Shown here: positions 1 to 8,991 of the stretch, one piece after another
Position numbering within the stretch: the stretch's first letter is position 1
Layout: each line of letters opens with the position of its first letter
DNA from: Dehalococcoidia bacterium
GTDB taxonomy: Bacteria; Chloroflexota; Dehalococcoidia; SM23-28-2; HRBIN24
Direction of reading: 5' to 3'
NCBI GenBank assembly: GCA_032249735.1
Contig: JAVVHA010000004.1
Location: forward strand, 27,268-91,267
DNA length: 64,000 nucleotides
The notes under the pieces: generated by a model
The model's input: only the letters and a program-made list of their open reading frames with translations
What the model was told of the DNA's origin: nothing
The model's database searches: none
Position numbers and translations under genes: made by a program

Positions 1-238
1 GAGCGGTCACGTTATATGTGGTGAGGCGGCGCAGGGCGGTGGCTGCCCCCTCCCCCACCACCCAGTACCGGCCCATGTGGGAGACGTCGAACATGCCCGC
101 TGCCGTGCGAACGGCCCGGTGCTCCTCGATGATGCCCCGATACTGCAGGGGCATCTCCCAGCCAGCGAAGGGGAACATGCGCGCCCCTAACCTTACGTGC
201 TCCTGGTATAAGGGGGTGCGCAGGAGGAGGGAGGACAT
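1..238 (-). CDS. gcvT: Glycine cleavage system aminomethyltransferase GcvT, N-terminal part; continues beyond the window start
   Basis: My minus-strand translation from ATG at 238: [60 protein letters not shown]. This is the typical GcvT N-terminus (TPLY..H, FAGW.MP..Y, FDVSHMG). Not in the ORF track because it is open-ended. Confidence 0.8.
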   Translation of the reverse strand, partial: MSSLLLRTPLYQEHVRLGARMFPFAGWEMPLQYRGIIEEHRAVRTAAGMFDVSHMGRYWVVGEGAATALRRLTTYNVTA

Positions 239-1095
239 TATCCCCCTCCCTCTAGAGGGAGCCAACGGCGTTTACCTTCCTCTAAGGTCAGCCGCCCTAG
301 GCCGGGGAAGGGGGCGTGCACAGCTATGAGGAGGGCCCGCTTTTCCAACGCCTTCTCCACCAGCCGCTTCTTCGTCTCCAGGCTCACCAGGGGCAGCACG
401 TCGAAGGCCGAGAGCCAGGCCAGCCGTTCTAGCATGATGGGGTGCTGGGCCACCTCTGCTATATAGATGGCCAGCTCCCCCTCCGATTCCACCTCCACCA
501 CCATGTGATGGGCGGTGTGGCCCGGGGCAGGCACCATCCGCACGCCGCGGACCACCTCCACCTCCCCTTCCACCAGCTCCACCTGCCGGGCCGCCATGAG
601 GGGCTCGAAGTTCTCAGCCAGGTAGGTGGCCCGGGTGCGCTCGTTGGGGCGCTGGGCCTCCTCCCATTCCCCCTTGGGCAGGAAGTAGCGAGCGCGGGGG
701 AAGGTGGGCACCACCCGCCCCTCTGCCAACGTGGTGTTGCCCCCGGCATGGTCGAAGTGGAGATGGGTGTTGATGACGATGTCCACGTCTTGAGGCCTGA
801 TGCCCTCCTGAGCCAGGGCATCCAGGAGGCGGCCGGTCTCCTTCAGGTCGATGCCGGCAGGGGCCCTGCCACCCTTAGTGCCCACCCCCGTCTCCACCAG
901 GACGGTCTTGCCTGCCACCCGCACCACCAGACAGTTAAGGCCGGCCCGCAAGCGGTGATATTCGTCCAGGGGCCCCACCAAGGGCTCCCACATGATGCGG
1001 GGAGTGACGCCGAAGAGGGCACCAGCATCGAAAGCGATGGGCCCATCGCTCACCACCAGGAGGTCCAGTCTCCCTAGCTTGAGCCAACGGCCCAT
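238..1095 (-). CDS. MBL-fold metallo-hydrolase
   Basis: HxHxDH motif ([12 protein letters not shown]) and later His residues (PAPGHTAHH). The track ORF extends to 1203, but 1096-1203 holds a near-consensus promoter and RBS for divergent ilvE. I therefore prefer the internal start [15 protein letters not shown] at 1095. Confidence 0.8.
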   Translation of the reverse strand: MGRWLKLGRLDLLVVSDGPIAFDAGALFGVTPRIMWEPLVGPLDEYHRLRAGLNCLVVRVAGKTVLVETGVGTKGGRAPAGIDLKETGRLLDALAQEGIRPQDVDIVINTHLHFDHAGGNTTLAEGRVVPTFPRARYFLPKGEWEEAQRPNERTRATYLAENFEPLMAARQVELVEGEVEVVRGVRMVPAPGHTAHHMVVEVESEGELAIYIAEVAQHPIMLERLAWLSAFDVLPLVSLETKKRLVEKALEKRALLIAVHAPFPGLGRLTLEEGKRRWLPLEGGG

Positions 1096-1144
1096 GGGCA
1101 ACCGAGAAAAAGATACTGTTGCCCTGGGGCTCCGGTCAACAAGT

Positions 1145-1173
1145 TTGCCTGCAAAGTTGGGGAGGCTTATAAT
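1145..1173 (+). promoter_or_regulatory. Candidate sigma70-type promoter for ilvE (TTGCCT-N17-TATAAT)
   Basis: TTGCCT at 1145-1150, a 17-nt spacer, TATAAT at 1168-1173. GGAGG follows about 6 nt upstream of the ATG at 1202. Confidence 0.45.
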
Positions 1174-1201
1174 CGCCTTAGTCTTGAAGACGGAGGTCGG
1201 C

Positions 1202-2134
1202 ATGGGAACGCCCTACGCTTACTTCCGCGGCCGATTCGTACCCCTGTCGGAGGCCAAGATCAGCATCATGACCCATGCCTTTAACTACGGCACAGGCGTG
1301 TTCGAGGGGATAAGGGGCAACTGGAACGAGGAGGAGGGGCAGATCTACCTCTTCCGCATGGCTGACCACTACCGGCGGCTGCGGCGCAGCTGTCGCATCA
1401 TGATGATCCAGCTCCCCTATTCCGATGAGGAGCTGTTCGCCATCACCACCAAGGTGGTGGAGCTGTCTGGGTTTCAGGAGGATGTTTATGTGCGCCCCAT
1501 GGCCTATAAGAGCTCTGAGGCCCTTGGGGTGCGTCTGCACGACCTGGAGGACGACTTCCTGGTGTTCGTGACCCCCTTCGGCCCCTACCTGGACGTGGAG
1601 AAGGGGGCCCGCTGTTGCACCTCCACCTGGCGGCGAGTGGAGGACACGGGCATCCCCGCCCGGGCCAAGATCATCGGCATATACGCCAACTCCGCCCTGG
1701 CCAAGACAGAGGCCAACCTCAACGGCTTCGATGAGGCCATTATGCTGGACGAGCGGGGGCACGTGTCCGAGGGGAGCGGAGAGAATCTATTCATAGTCCT
1801 GGACGGCAAGCTCATCACACCTCCCCCCTCCGAGAACATCTTGGTGGGTATCACCAGGGAGACAGTCATCACCCTGGCGCGGGAGGAGCTGGGGATAGAG
1901 ACCCTCGAGCGGCCCATCGACCGCAGCGAGCTTTACGTGGCCGAGGAGGTGTTCCTCACCGGCACCGCCGCCCACATCACCCCAGTCATCGAAGTGGACC
2001 GCCGGCCCATTGGCGATGGCCGGCGGGGGCCCATCACGGCTAAGCTGCAGGAGCTATACTTTCAGGTCATCAGGGGCAAGCACCCCAGGTACCGGCACTG
2101 GTGCACGCCATGCTATTCGCAGGTGAGGAGATAA
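1202..2134 (+). CDS. ilvE: Branched-chain amino acid aminotransferase
   Basis: MGTPYAYFRGRFVPLSEAKISIMTHAFNYGTGVFEGIRG ... ENLFIV ... GITRETV ... EVFLTGTAA. Class IV aminotransferase pattern. Start trimmed to the ATG at 1202, which is preceded by GGAGG. Confidence 0.9.
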   Translation: MGTPYAYFRGRFVPLSEAKISIMTHAFNYGTGVFEGIRGNWNEEEGQIYLFRMADHYRRLRRSCRIMMIQLPYSDEELFAITTKVVELSGFQEDVYVRPMAYKSSEALGVRLHDLEDDFLVFVTPFGPYLDVEKGARCCTSTWRRVEDTGIPARAKIIGIYANSALAKTEANLNGFDEAIMLDERGHVSEGSGENLFIVLDGKLITPPPSENILVGITRETVITLAREELGIETLERPIDRSELYVAEEVFLTGTAAHITPVIEVDRRPIGDGRRGPITAKLQELYFQVIRGKHPRYRHWCTPCYSQVRR

Positions 2135-3006
2135 GGGCGGAGAGGCCGGCGGGCCTGTGGCGGGGCGCCTTGGGGGTGGGAGTGGGGTGCGGGGCCCTAG
2201 CGCTGGCCGCCCTCTTGGCCTTGAAGGTCCGGGGGTGGCCCATCTCCTGGCCTCTGTTCCTCGGGGGCACGGCGGCCTTGACCTTGGGGCTACTGGGGCT
2301 GGCCTCCCTATTGTGGGGCTATGGGTGTCTCACCGTGCGCTATCTCCTGACCCCGCGGGGGATGGGCCTGCGCTCCGCTCTCCTTTGGGCCTGGGTGCCC
2401 TGGAGCGCAGTAGCGGAGGTGGGCAGGTGGACGGGGAAGAGGCCACGGCTGGCCTTGGGCCCGTGTCTGGCCTGGCACGAGGGGAAACAGAGGGTGGTGA
2501 GCTGCGCCCTTCAGAGCCAGAGTCTGGTCTTCGTGCGGGGGCAGAAGGCCACCTACCTCCTCTCGCCCAGAGACCAAGCAGGATTCCTGGCCCAGGCCCA
2601 CTTCCTCCAGCGCTTGGGGCGGCAAATGGGCGATGACCAGGAGAGGGCAGAGCGGCGAGGCATCCTGGCCCACCCCATCTTCGGCGATGGCCTGGGCCAA
2701 GCGATGATGGCCCTGACAGTGGCCCTGGGCCTGGTGTTGGTGGGATACGTCATGGCGGTCTACCCCGGCCTGCCTGAGGGCATCTATTGGAAGCTCACCC
2801 CCTTAGGTGAGGCGGGGCTGCCAGTGCCCAAGAAGGAGATCCTGCGCATCCCGGGCACCGCCATGGCCATCCTAGGGCTAGACCTGGCTCTCGCCTTTGG
2901 CTCCTATCTGTGGGAGAGGACGGTGGCTTACCTGCTGCTGATGGGAGGGGCCATGGCCCAGCTCCTTCTAATGGCAGGGGCGGTGACAGCGGTAACCAGG
3001 GCCTAG
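2101..3006 (+). CDS. Hypothetical multi-pass membrane protein
   Basis: Hydrophobic helices at both ends flank a soluble middle segment. No motif recognised. The start is uncertain and overlaps the ilvE 3' end. Confidence 0.45.
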   Translation: MHAMLFAGEEIRAERPAGLWRGALGVGVGCGALALAALLALKVRGWPISWPLFLGGTAALTLGLLGLASLLWGYGCLTVRYLLTPRGMGLRSALLWAWVPWSAVAEVGRWTGKRPRLALGPCLAWHEGKQRVVSCALQSQSLVFVRGQKATYLLSPRDQAGFLAQAHFLQRLGRQMGDDQERAERRGILAHPIFGDGLGQAMMALTVALGLVLVGYVMAVYPGLPEGIYWKLTPLGEAGLPVPKKEILRIPGTAMAILGLDLALAFGSYLWERTVAYLLLMGGAMAQLLLMAGAVTAVTRA

Positions 3007-3008
3007 AG

Positions 3009-3926
3009 ATGCCCCGCGGGCCTCTTGCCCTCCTTTTGGCCTTAGCTACGGTGGCCTGTGTGGCCCATCCCCAGACCCAGGTGGGGGGCCAACTCTATAT
3101 CGCCTTGGGCGACTCCCTCACCGCTGGCGTGGGCTCCAGCGACCGCCTCTCCCACAACTTCCCTTCGCTGGTGGCCCAGGCCCTAGGCCTAGCCCATATG
3201 AACCTGGGCCACCCAGGGGACACCAGCGCCGACATCCTGAGCCATGGCCACCTGGACCTGGCGGTGGCGGAGGCCCTCTCCAGGGCCAGGGACGACGACC
3301 CAGGAAACGACGTGGCGCTCATCACCATCACCGTAGGGGGTAACGACATGCTGGCCTTCTATGAGGACCACTTCCTCACTGGCCAGTGCCCGGATATCCC
3401 TACCGTCCGCGCTCGCCCCGATTGCGTCAAGGCCTTGGAAGCGACCATCCGGCAGCTGGGGGATAACCTGGGCCGCATCCTGAGCCGCCTGCGGGAGGCA
3501 GCCCCACAGGCGGAGATCGTCGTCTTCACCCTCTATAATCCCTTCGCCGGCCAGGACTCCCCCCTGGCCCAGATGGGGGACCTGGTGCTAGAGGGGGGGC
3601 CGGACCCCTTCCTCCCCCAAGGAGTCAATGACGTCATCCGGGAGGCAGCCAAGACCCACGGGGCCAAGGTGGCCGATGCCTTCCCTGTCATCTCCAGCCG
3701 TAGGGACCTCATAGCCCAGGACGGCATCCACCCCAACGACCGGGGCTATGAGGTGATGGCCCAACTGGTGCTGAAGGCCTTGCAGCCTACTCCCCAGGGC
3801 GAGGAGCATGAAGAGATTCGAGGTGGTGGTGCTGGGGGCGGGCCCAGCGGGGAGCAGCGTAGCCCGGCGGCTCTCCCGCGCGGGGGTACGCGTCCTCCTG
3901 CTGGAGCGACGCCCTCTGCCCCGTGA
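3009..3926 (+). CDS. Secreted SGNH/GDSL-family hydrolase
   Basis: Signal-like N-terminus MPRGPLALLLALATVACVA. SGNH blocks: IALGDSLTAGVG (Ser), TITVGGND, and DGIHPNDRGY (Asp/His). Start trimmed to the ATG at 3009. The 3' end overlaps the next gene by 119 nt. Confidence 0.8.
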   Translation: MPRGPLALLLALATVACVAHPQTQVGGQLYIALGDSLTAGVGSSDRLSHNFPSLVAQALGLAHMNLGHPGDTSADILSHGHLDLAVAEALSRARDDDPGNDVALITITVGGNDMLAFYEDHFLTGQCPDIPTVRARPDCVKALEATIRQLGDNLGRILSRLREAAPQAEIVVFTLYNPFAGQDSPLAQMGDLVLEGGPDPFLPQGVNDVIREAAKTHGAKVADAFPVISSRRDLIAQDGIHPNDRGYEVMAQLVLKALQPTPQGEEHEEIRGGGAGGGPSGEQRSPAALPRGGTRPPAGATPSAP

Positions 3927-5019
3927 TAAGCCCTGCGGCGGCGGCGTCACGGTGCGGGCGGCGGCCCTGGCGGCGGTAGATATCCTTCCGGTGGTGGAGA
4001 GGACCATCTACGGGGCCCGCGTATCGCTAGCCCTTGGCCCCCATAAGGATCTTTGGCACCACCTCCCCCTCACTTATATGACGCAGCGGTGGCGTCTGGA
4101 CCACTTCTTGGCCCAACTGGCCACCGAGGCAGGGGCCGAGCTCCACGACGGCGAGGGAGCCATCTCCTTGCAGGAGGAAGGCACGGGGATGGTGGTGCGC
4201 ACGTCCCGCGACGCTTACCGCGCATCGGTGGTGATAGGGGCCGACGGGGCCAACGGTTTGAGCGCCCGTTTCCTGGGGGCCCGCGCCACCTACGAGGAGG
4301 CGGTGGCCTTAGAGGCCCACGTGCCCCTCCCAGCCGATACGCTGCACCAGTGGCGGGAGTTAGTGGCCCTAGACCTGGGGAGCATCGCCGGGGGCTATGG
4401 ATGGGTCTTCCCCAAGGGCGACCACCTCAACGTGGGGGTGGGGGGCTGGAAGTACGCCTCCCATCTGCTGCGGGCCCGCCTTCGCCACCTCTGCCAGCGC
4501 TACCGTCTCCCCTGGGAGAAGGTGGAGGGGCTGCGAGGGCACCACCTCCCCCTGCGCCGTCCCCACTCGCCCCTGGTGGGACGCAGCCTTCTGTTGGTGG
4601 GGGACGCCGCTGGCCTGGTGGACCCCCTCTCAGGGGAGGGGATCCACATGGCCTTTGCCAGCGCCGCCCTGGCAGCGGAGGCCGTCCTCCGCTTCCTGGG
4701 TGGGCAGACTCCCCATCTCCTTGGCTATGCTGAGGCGGTGGAGAGGGACATAGGGCCGGAGCTGGCCACCGCCCGCATGCTGCAGGAGGTGTTCCACCTC
4801 GCTCCCCCGCCCTTTGTCGCCGTATTGTGGCATAGTCGCCACTTCTGGCGTCTCCTCTGCCACCTGATACGGGGCGAGTTAGGCTATCGGAGGATGTTGC
4901 ACCTGATGGGGCCCCTCGGGCACCTAGTGCCCTTTTTCGCCGCCTGGGCCCAGAGGCGCCGCCTGACCAGGGTTCGCGACTCCCTGGCCGCCTTTTACCT
5001 ACAGCACAGGGCGAGATGA
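3808..5019 (+). CDS. Geranylgeranyl reductase family FAD-dependent oxidoreductase
   Basis: N-terminal Rossmann motif VVVLGAGPAGSSVARRL...LLLERR, then KPCGGGV, IGADGANG, GGYGWVFPKGDHLNVGVG and VGDAAGLVDPLSGEGI. Confidence 0.85.
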   Translation: MKRFEVVVLGAGPAGSSVARRLSRAGVRVLLLERRPLPRDKPCGGGVTVRAAALAAVDILPVVERTIYGARVSLALGPHKDLWHHLPLTYMTQRWRLDHFLAQLATEAGAELHDGEGAISLQEEGTGMVVRTSRDAYRASVVIGADGANGLSARFLGARATYEEAVALEAHVPLPADTLHQWRELVALDLGSIAGGYGWVFPKGDHLNVGVGGWKYASHLLRARLRHLCQRYRLPWEKVEGLRGHHLPLRRPHSPLVGRSLLLVGDAAGLVDPLSGEGIHMAFASAALAAEAVLRFLGGQTPHLLGYAEAVERDIGPELATARMLQEVFHLAPPPFVAVLWHSRHFWRLLCHLIRGELGYRRMLHLMGPLGHLVPFFAAWAQRRRLTRVRDSLAAFYLQHRAR

Positions 5020-5092
5020 GGACCACCGAAGTCACAGATGGCGAGCATGCTCATCTTCGAATCGCCCTGTTGGGGGCTTCACACGGGCACCG

Positions 5093-6277
5093 TCATGGGG
5101 GCGCGTATACGCGGGTATCGGGGCGGAAGGCGGCCCAAGAGAACCAGAAATGGTTGATGGCCGTCACGGGCTCCAGCCGGCGGCCAGCCAGGGGCCCCCC
5201 GCGGGCCTGGCCGAGCAGATCCCAAGTGCTGCCGGTCTCACGGTCACGGAACTTGTCCCCCAACGCCTCGAAGGTGAGGACGCGGCCGTCCATGAGGCGA
5301 GAGAAGACGGCGGCTGAACCCACGTCGCGCCCTTCCCCCACCGCCCCCACATCCAGAGGAGAGGCAGTCCCCTTGCGCCAGAAGACCACGATGGGGTGGC
5401 CGGCCACCGTGTCGTTCACCACCTTCACTCTGGCAAGCACATCGTAGGGGTAGGCCACCGCTTCCCTGCCCATGTCCACCGTCACCACCCGGGCCATGGC
5501 CGGCAGGGCGCCGGCGATGGCCGGCCCCTGGTAGAGGAAAGGATCGCCCTGGTCGTAGGCGATGTAAGGGTTCAGGCCATAGGGCCGGCTATGGCCCGTC
5601 TCCCTTGAGAGCACCCGCCCGTTGGGATAGGCAGTCTTATAGTCCTGCCATGAGACCAGGTTGGCGGGGACCATCGCCAGCCGCTTGCCGGTGAGCTCTC
5701 CAACGATAGCCTCGCCAGTGGCCTGCTGCCACCAGGACTCCGTCTGACGGTCGTACATAATGAGGTTGCTGAAGCGCAGCCTGCCGGTGGTGCCGAAGTC
5801 CAGCACAAGCCCGTCCAGCTCTCGGCGAAAGACGATGGCCGTGTTACATAGGGGGCACCAGGTGACAGCGACCGGCGTCCCGCCCACCACGTCGTTGACG
5901 ATCTCGTGCCATATGAGGATCTGGACGGGGTAGGCTCGCGCGTCGCCTCCTATCTCTAGGGCCACCACTGCCTCCCGAGAGGCAAGCCAGCCATCGGCCT
6001 CGCGGACGCTCACGAACTTGGGCGAGTGGATGGCTGGAATGCCGTCGCGCGGTGGCCCTCCCGATATGATCTCGCGGTAGGGGACGCTGTGCTTGCTGAA
6101 GTCCGTCTTGGGGAACTCTACCTCGATGCCAAAGGGAGGGGTATCGGATACGGCTGATGTTCCATCCGCCATGGGTGCAGGAGCGGACGTGGTATCCTCC
6201 CCGCCACAGGCGAGTAGGGTCAGGGGGAGGATAGCTAAAGTCACTCCCCAGACGAGTAGACGTTTACTAGCCCCCAT
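5093..6277 (-). CDS. DUF3179-domain lipoprotein
   Basis: Lipobox LTLLACGG. The pattern DGIPAI..P.F, AYP..IL.WHEIVND.VGG.PV.VTWCPLCNT is as I remember it for DUF3179. Confidence 0.7.
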   Translation of the reverse strand: MGASKRLLVWGVTLAILPLTLLACGGEDTTSAPAPMADGTSAVSDTPPFGIEVEFPKTDFSKHSVPYREIISGGPPRDGIPAIHSPKFVSVREADGWLASREAVVALEIGGDARAYPVQILIWHEIVNDVVGGTPVAVTWCPLCNTAIVFRRELDGLVLDFGTTGRLRFSNLIMYDRQTESWWQQATGEAIVGELTGKRLAMVPANLVSWQDYKTAYPNGRVLSRETGHSRPYGLNPYIAYDQGDPFLYQGPAIAGALPAMARVVTVDMGREAVAYPYDVLARVKVVNDTVAGHPIVVFWRKGTASPLDVGAVGEGRDVGSAAVFSRLMDGRVLTFEALGDKFRDRETGSTWDLLGQARGGPLAGRRLEPVTAINHFWFSWAAFRPDTRVYAPP

Positions 6278-6639
6278 CTTGCCGTCGCACCTCGTCGCTA
6301 GTGGTTATATCGATCCTCAGCCATTCCTCAGCCATGCTACAGCACCCTAAGCTGGAAGCCCTATGCTCCCTAGAGTGTAGCAAGCCCCGGCCAGAGCCTC
6401 ACGCCTCTCTTCGGTGCCGGCCTGCAGGAGCATGGCTTGTGAGCCAGAAGAGAGAGGGAGCTTACACCAGAGGCCCACACCTGCGCCAGGAGAGAAAGGG
6501 GATGCGGCGGGTTCGGTGGGGCCTGATGCAGAGAGAAGGGGTGGAGCCCTAGCCGGCCCCGCCATAGGGGGCAAGAGCTGAGCCCCACCGCACGTTAGCG
6601 CACCAAGCTCGAACCGGTTAGAGGTTTGGCTCACCCCCC

Positions 6640-6671
6640 TTGACCCTGAACCATGGTTCAGAGTCTAGAAT
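6640..6671 (+). promoter_or_regulatory. MerR-type promoter/operator: TTGACC, a 20-nt spacer containing a perfect 16-bp palindrome, then TAGAAT
   Basis: TTGACC at 6640-6645, CTGAACCATGGTTCAG at 6646-6661, TAGAAT at 6666-6671. The GTG start of merR lies at 6678. Confidence 0.6.
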
Positions 6672-6677
6672 GAGGCC

Positions 6678-7121
6678 GTGCTCACCATAGGCAGGCTGGC
6701 TGAGCGCAGCGGGGTGCCCATCTCCACCCTGCGCTACTACGAGCGGCTGGGGCTCCTCAGACCCCAGAGGCGCAGCGAGGGAGGGTTCCGCATCTACGGC
6801 GAGGAGGCGGTGGAGCGGCTGCGCTTCATCAAGAGCGCCCAGGCCCTGGGCATACCCCTGCGGGACGTGCGCCGCATCCTGGCGGTGCGGGACGAGGGCC
6901 TCGCCCCCTGTCGCCACGTCCTGGAGCTTTTGTCGGGGTAGGTGCGGCGGCTAGAGGAGCAGATGGCCCGCCTAGCCGCCCTGCACGGCGACCTGCAGGA
7001 GCTGCTGCGGGATCTGGAGGGCAGGGTGGCCCTCGACGCCCGCACCGCCGAGGAGTGCCCCTGTCTGGAGATCATCGCTGAGTTCGAGCGCAGGAAGGAG
7101 GAGATGCGCCATGGACTATGA
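6678..7121 (+). pseudogene. merR: MerR-family metal-responsive regulator whose frame is interrupted by an in-frame TAG at 6939-6941
   Basis: Residues 1-87 (LTIGRLAERSGVPISTLRYYERLGLL...APCRHVLELLSG) form the wHTH and the start of the dimerisation helix. The same frame continues after the TAG: VRRLEEQMARLAALHGDLQELLRDLEGRVALDARTAEECPCLEIIAEF. It ends at a TGA at 7119-7121 and overlaps the merA start by 11 nt. Confidence 0.65.
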
Positions 7122-8514
7122 GCTGGTCATCATCGGTGGCGGTGCGGCGGGCTTCGCCGCTGCCACCCACGCCGTCGAGGTGGGTGCGCGCACGGCCATG
7201 GTCAACGCCGGCCTGCCCCTGGGGGGCACCTGCGTCAACGTGGGCTGCATCCCCAGCAAGCACCTGCTGGCCCTGGCCCAGGGCTACCACCGGGCCCAGC
7301 ACCCGCCCTTCCCCGCCCTGGGGGCTGTGCGGCCCTCCTTTGACCTGGCCCGGGCCATCGCCAGCAAGGAGGAGCTGACGGCCGCCCTGCGCCACAGCAA
7401 CTATCAGACGGTGCTGGAGTCCTTCGGCGAGACGGTGACCCTTTATCAGGGCTGGGCCCGCTTCCGCTCGCCCCATGAGGTGGAGGTGGACGGCCAGGTG
7501 ATCCGAGGCGAGCGGTTCATCGTGGCCACCGGCTCCCGGCCGGCCGTCCCGCCCTTCCCAGGCATCGAGAGGGTGGACTACATCACCAGCCGTGAGGCCA
7601 TGGAGCTGAAGGAGGTGCCCGACAGCCTCCTCGTGGTGGGGGCAGGTCCCACGGGGCTGGAGCTGGGGCAGTTCTTCGCCCGCCTGGGGACGAAGGTGAC
7701 GGTGCTGGAGAAGCTGCCCCAGGTGCTACCCAGGGCGGAGCCCGAGGTCTCCCAGGAGCTGCAGCGCTGTCTGGAGGCCGAGGGCATGGAGTTCCATTGC
7801 GCCTGCGACATCAGGCGCGTCTGGCAGGAAGGGGAGACAAAGGTGGTGGAAGCGGAGGTCATGGGCGAGAAGAAGGTGTTTCGAGCCCAGCACCTCCTTT
7901 TGGCCACCGGCATCACCCCCAACACGCAGAACCTGGGCCTAGAAGCGGCGGGGGTCAGGACCGACCGCCGCGGCTTCATCGTGACCGACGAGACCATGCG
8001 CACCTCGGCCCCCCACATCTATGCCGCCGGCGACGTGGTGGGCAGGATGCCCCTGGAGACGGTGGCCGCCCGGGAGGGGTATGTGGCCGCCCGCAACGCC
8101 CTGGAGGGCGCCGGCGAGCGCATGGACTACCAGAGCGTTCCCTGGGCCGTCTTCACCGACCCCCAGGTGGCAGCGGTGGGCATCACCGAGGAAGAAGAGA
8201 TGCGCCGCCTGGGCTCCTGCTCCTGCCGAGTGGTGAAGATGTCCCAGGTGCCCAAGGCGGTGGCAGTGGGCGACACCCGCGGCCTGCTCAAGATGGTGGT
8301 CCACCCTCAAGACGGGCGGGTGCTGGGGGTGCACATCGTCGCCCCCCAGGCAGCCGAGATGGTGCACGAGGGTGTGCTGGCGGTGTGCCTGGGCCTGAAG
8401 GTGGAAGACCTGGTGGAGACCGTCCACGTCTTCCCCACCTTCAGCGAGGCCCTCAAGCTGGCTGCCCTGGCCTTCCTGCGCGACGTCAGCGTCATGGCCT
8501 GCTGCATCAGGTAA
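7111..8514 (+). CDS. merA: Mercuric reductase, core type without an N-terminal HMA (NmerA) domain
   Basis: GGGAAG FAD motif, redox disulfide GGTCVNVGCIPSK, NAD(P)H motif VVGAGPTGLE. C-terminal vicinal Cys pair SVMACCIR. FPTFSE replaces the His-Glu dyad of lipoamide dehydrogenase/glutathione reductase-type enzymes. Confidence 0.85.
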   Translation: MDYELVIIGGGAAGFAAATHAVEVGARTAMVNAGLPLGGTCVNVGCIPSKHLLALAQGYHRAQHPPFPALGAVRPSFDLARAIASKEELTAALRHSNYQTVLESFGETVTLYQGWARFRSPHEVEVDGQVIRGERFIVATGSRPAVPPFPGIERVDYITSREAMELKEVPDSLLVVGAGPTGLELGQFFARLGTKVTVLEKLPQVLPRAEPEVSQELQRCLEAEGMEFHCACDIRRVWQEGETKVVEAEVMGEKKVFRAQHLLLATGITPNTQNLGLEAAGVRTDRRGFIVTDETMRTSAPHIYAAGDVVGRMPLETVAAREGYVAARNALEGAGERMDYQSVPWAVFTDPQVAAVGITEEEEMRRLGSCSCRVVKMSQVPKAVAVGDTRGLLKMVVHPQDGRVLGVHIVAPQAAEMVHEGVLAVCLGLKVEDLVETVHVFPTFSEALKLAALAFLRDVSVMACCIR

Positions 8515-8526
8515 GGGGGAGACGAG

Positions 8527-8745
8527 ATGGCCAAGACCATCAGCCTGCGTGTTGAAGGGATGACCTGCCAGGGCTGCGCCCACTCGCTGACGGCCTACCT
8601 CAAGCGCGAGCGTGGGGTGCTGGACGTGCAGGTGGACTGGCGGGCCGGGCGGGCCGTGGTCACTTACGACCCTGCCCTGACGGGGCCTGAGCGCATCCTG
8701 GCCAGCCAGGCCTTCCAGGGGCCCTTCCGCGCCCGACCCGAGTGA
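8527..8745 (+). CDS. Heavy-metal-associated (HMA) domain protein, cytoplasmic metallochaperone-like
   Basis: The MTCQGCAHSL motif (GMTCxxC) sits in a 72-aa ferredoxin-like protein. No signal peptide. Confidence 0.85.
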   Translation: MAKTISLRVEGMTCQGCAHSLTAYLKRERGVLDVQVDWRAGRAVVTYDPALTGPERILASQAFQGPFRARPE

Positions 8746-8760
8746 TAGGGGGGCTGAGTC

Positions 8761-8991
8761 ATGGAGAGATCCTTCCGTATCAGCAGGGACTACCGACTGC
8801 GGCAGCTGCCCCCCGTTCTGGCTCGGAGGCTGCAGGAGGTGCTGACGCTGCCCTGGGTGCCAGCGACGCTGGGTGAGCTGGTGGACTCCCTGGCAGCGAG
8901 GCTCCAGCGGGTCGCCCCCGTCGACCTGTGCTGCCAGGGCTCGCGGCACCGGGTGACCGCAGGGGGAGAGACCACCCACACCCGCTGCTGA
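8761..8991 (+). CDS. Small hypothetical protein; possibly an N-terminal remnant of an organomercurial-lyase (MerB)-like gene
   Basis: The 76-aa ORF ends ...SRHRVTAGGETTHTRC*. To my eye this resembles the MerB segment preceding its catalytic Cys (..LYAWCALD..). The ORF stops at that Cys, 66 nt before tRNA-Ser. Weak, memory-based similarity. Confidence 0.3.
   Translation: MERSFRISRDYRLRQLPPVLARRLQEVLTLPWVPATLGELVDSLAARLQRVAPVDLCCQGSRHRVTAGGETTHTRC

Noticed and set aside
1096-1203. N-terminal 36-aa extension of the MBL hydrolase ORF, which would share its start codon bases (CATG) with divergent ilvE
   Set aside because: The stretch contains a near-consensus TTGCCT-N17-TATAAT promoter and the GGAGG site for ilvE. 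It has lower GC and non-protein-like sequence, so the internal start at 1095 is more plausible.
6600-6640. tRNA-like T-arm fragment, considered as a possible att repeat of the tRNA-Ser 3' end that would bound a mer island
   Set aside because: Only the generic GGTTCGA core (7 nt) matches the tRNA-Ser 3' half. I found no 15-20 nt direct repeat of 9058-9085 between 5.0 and 6.7 kb, and there is no integrase. Island boundaries are therefore unsupported.
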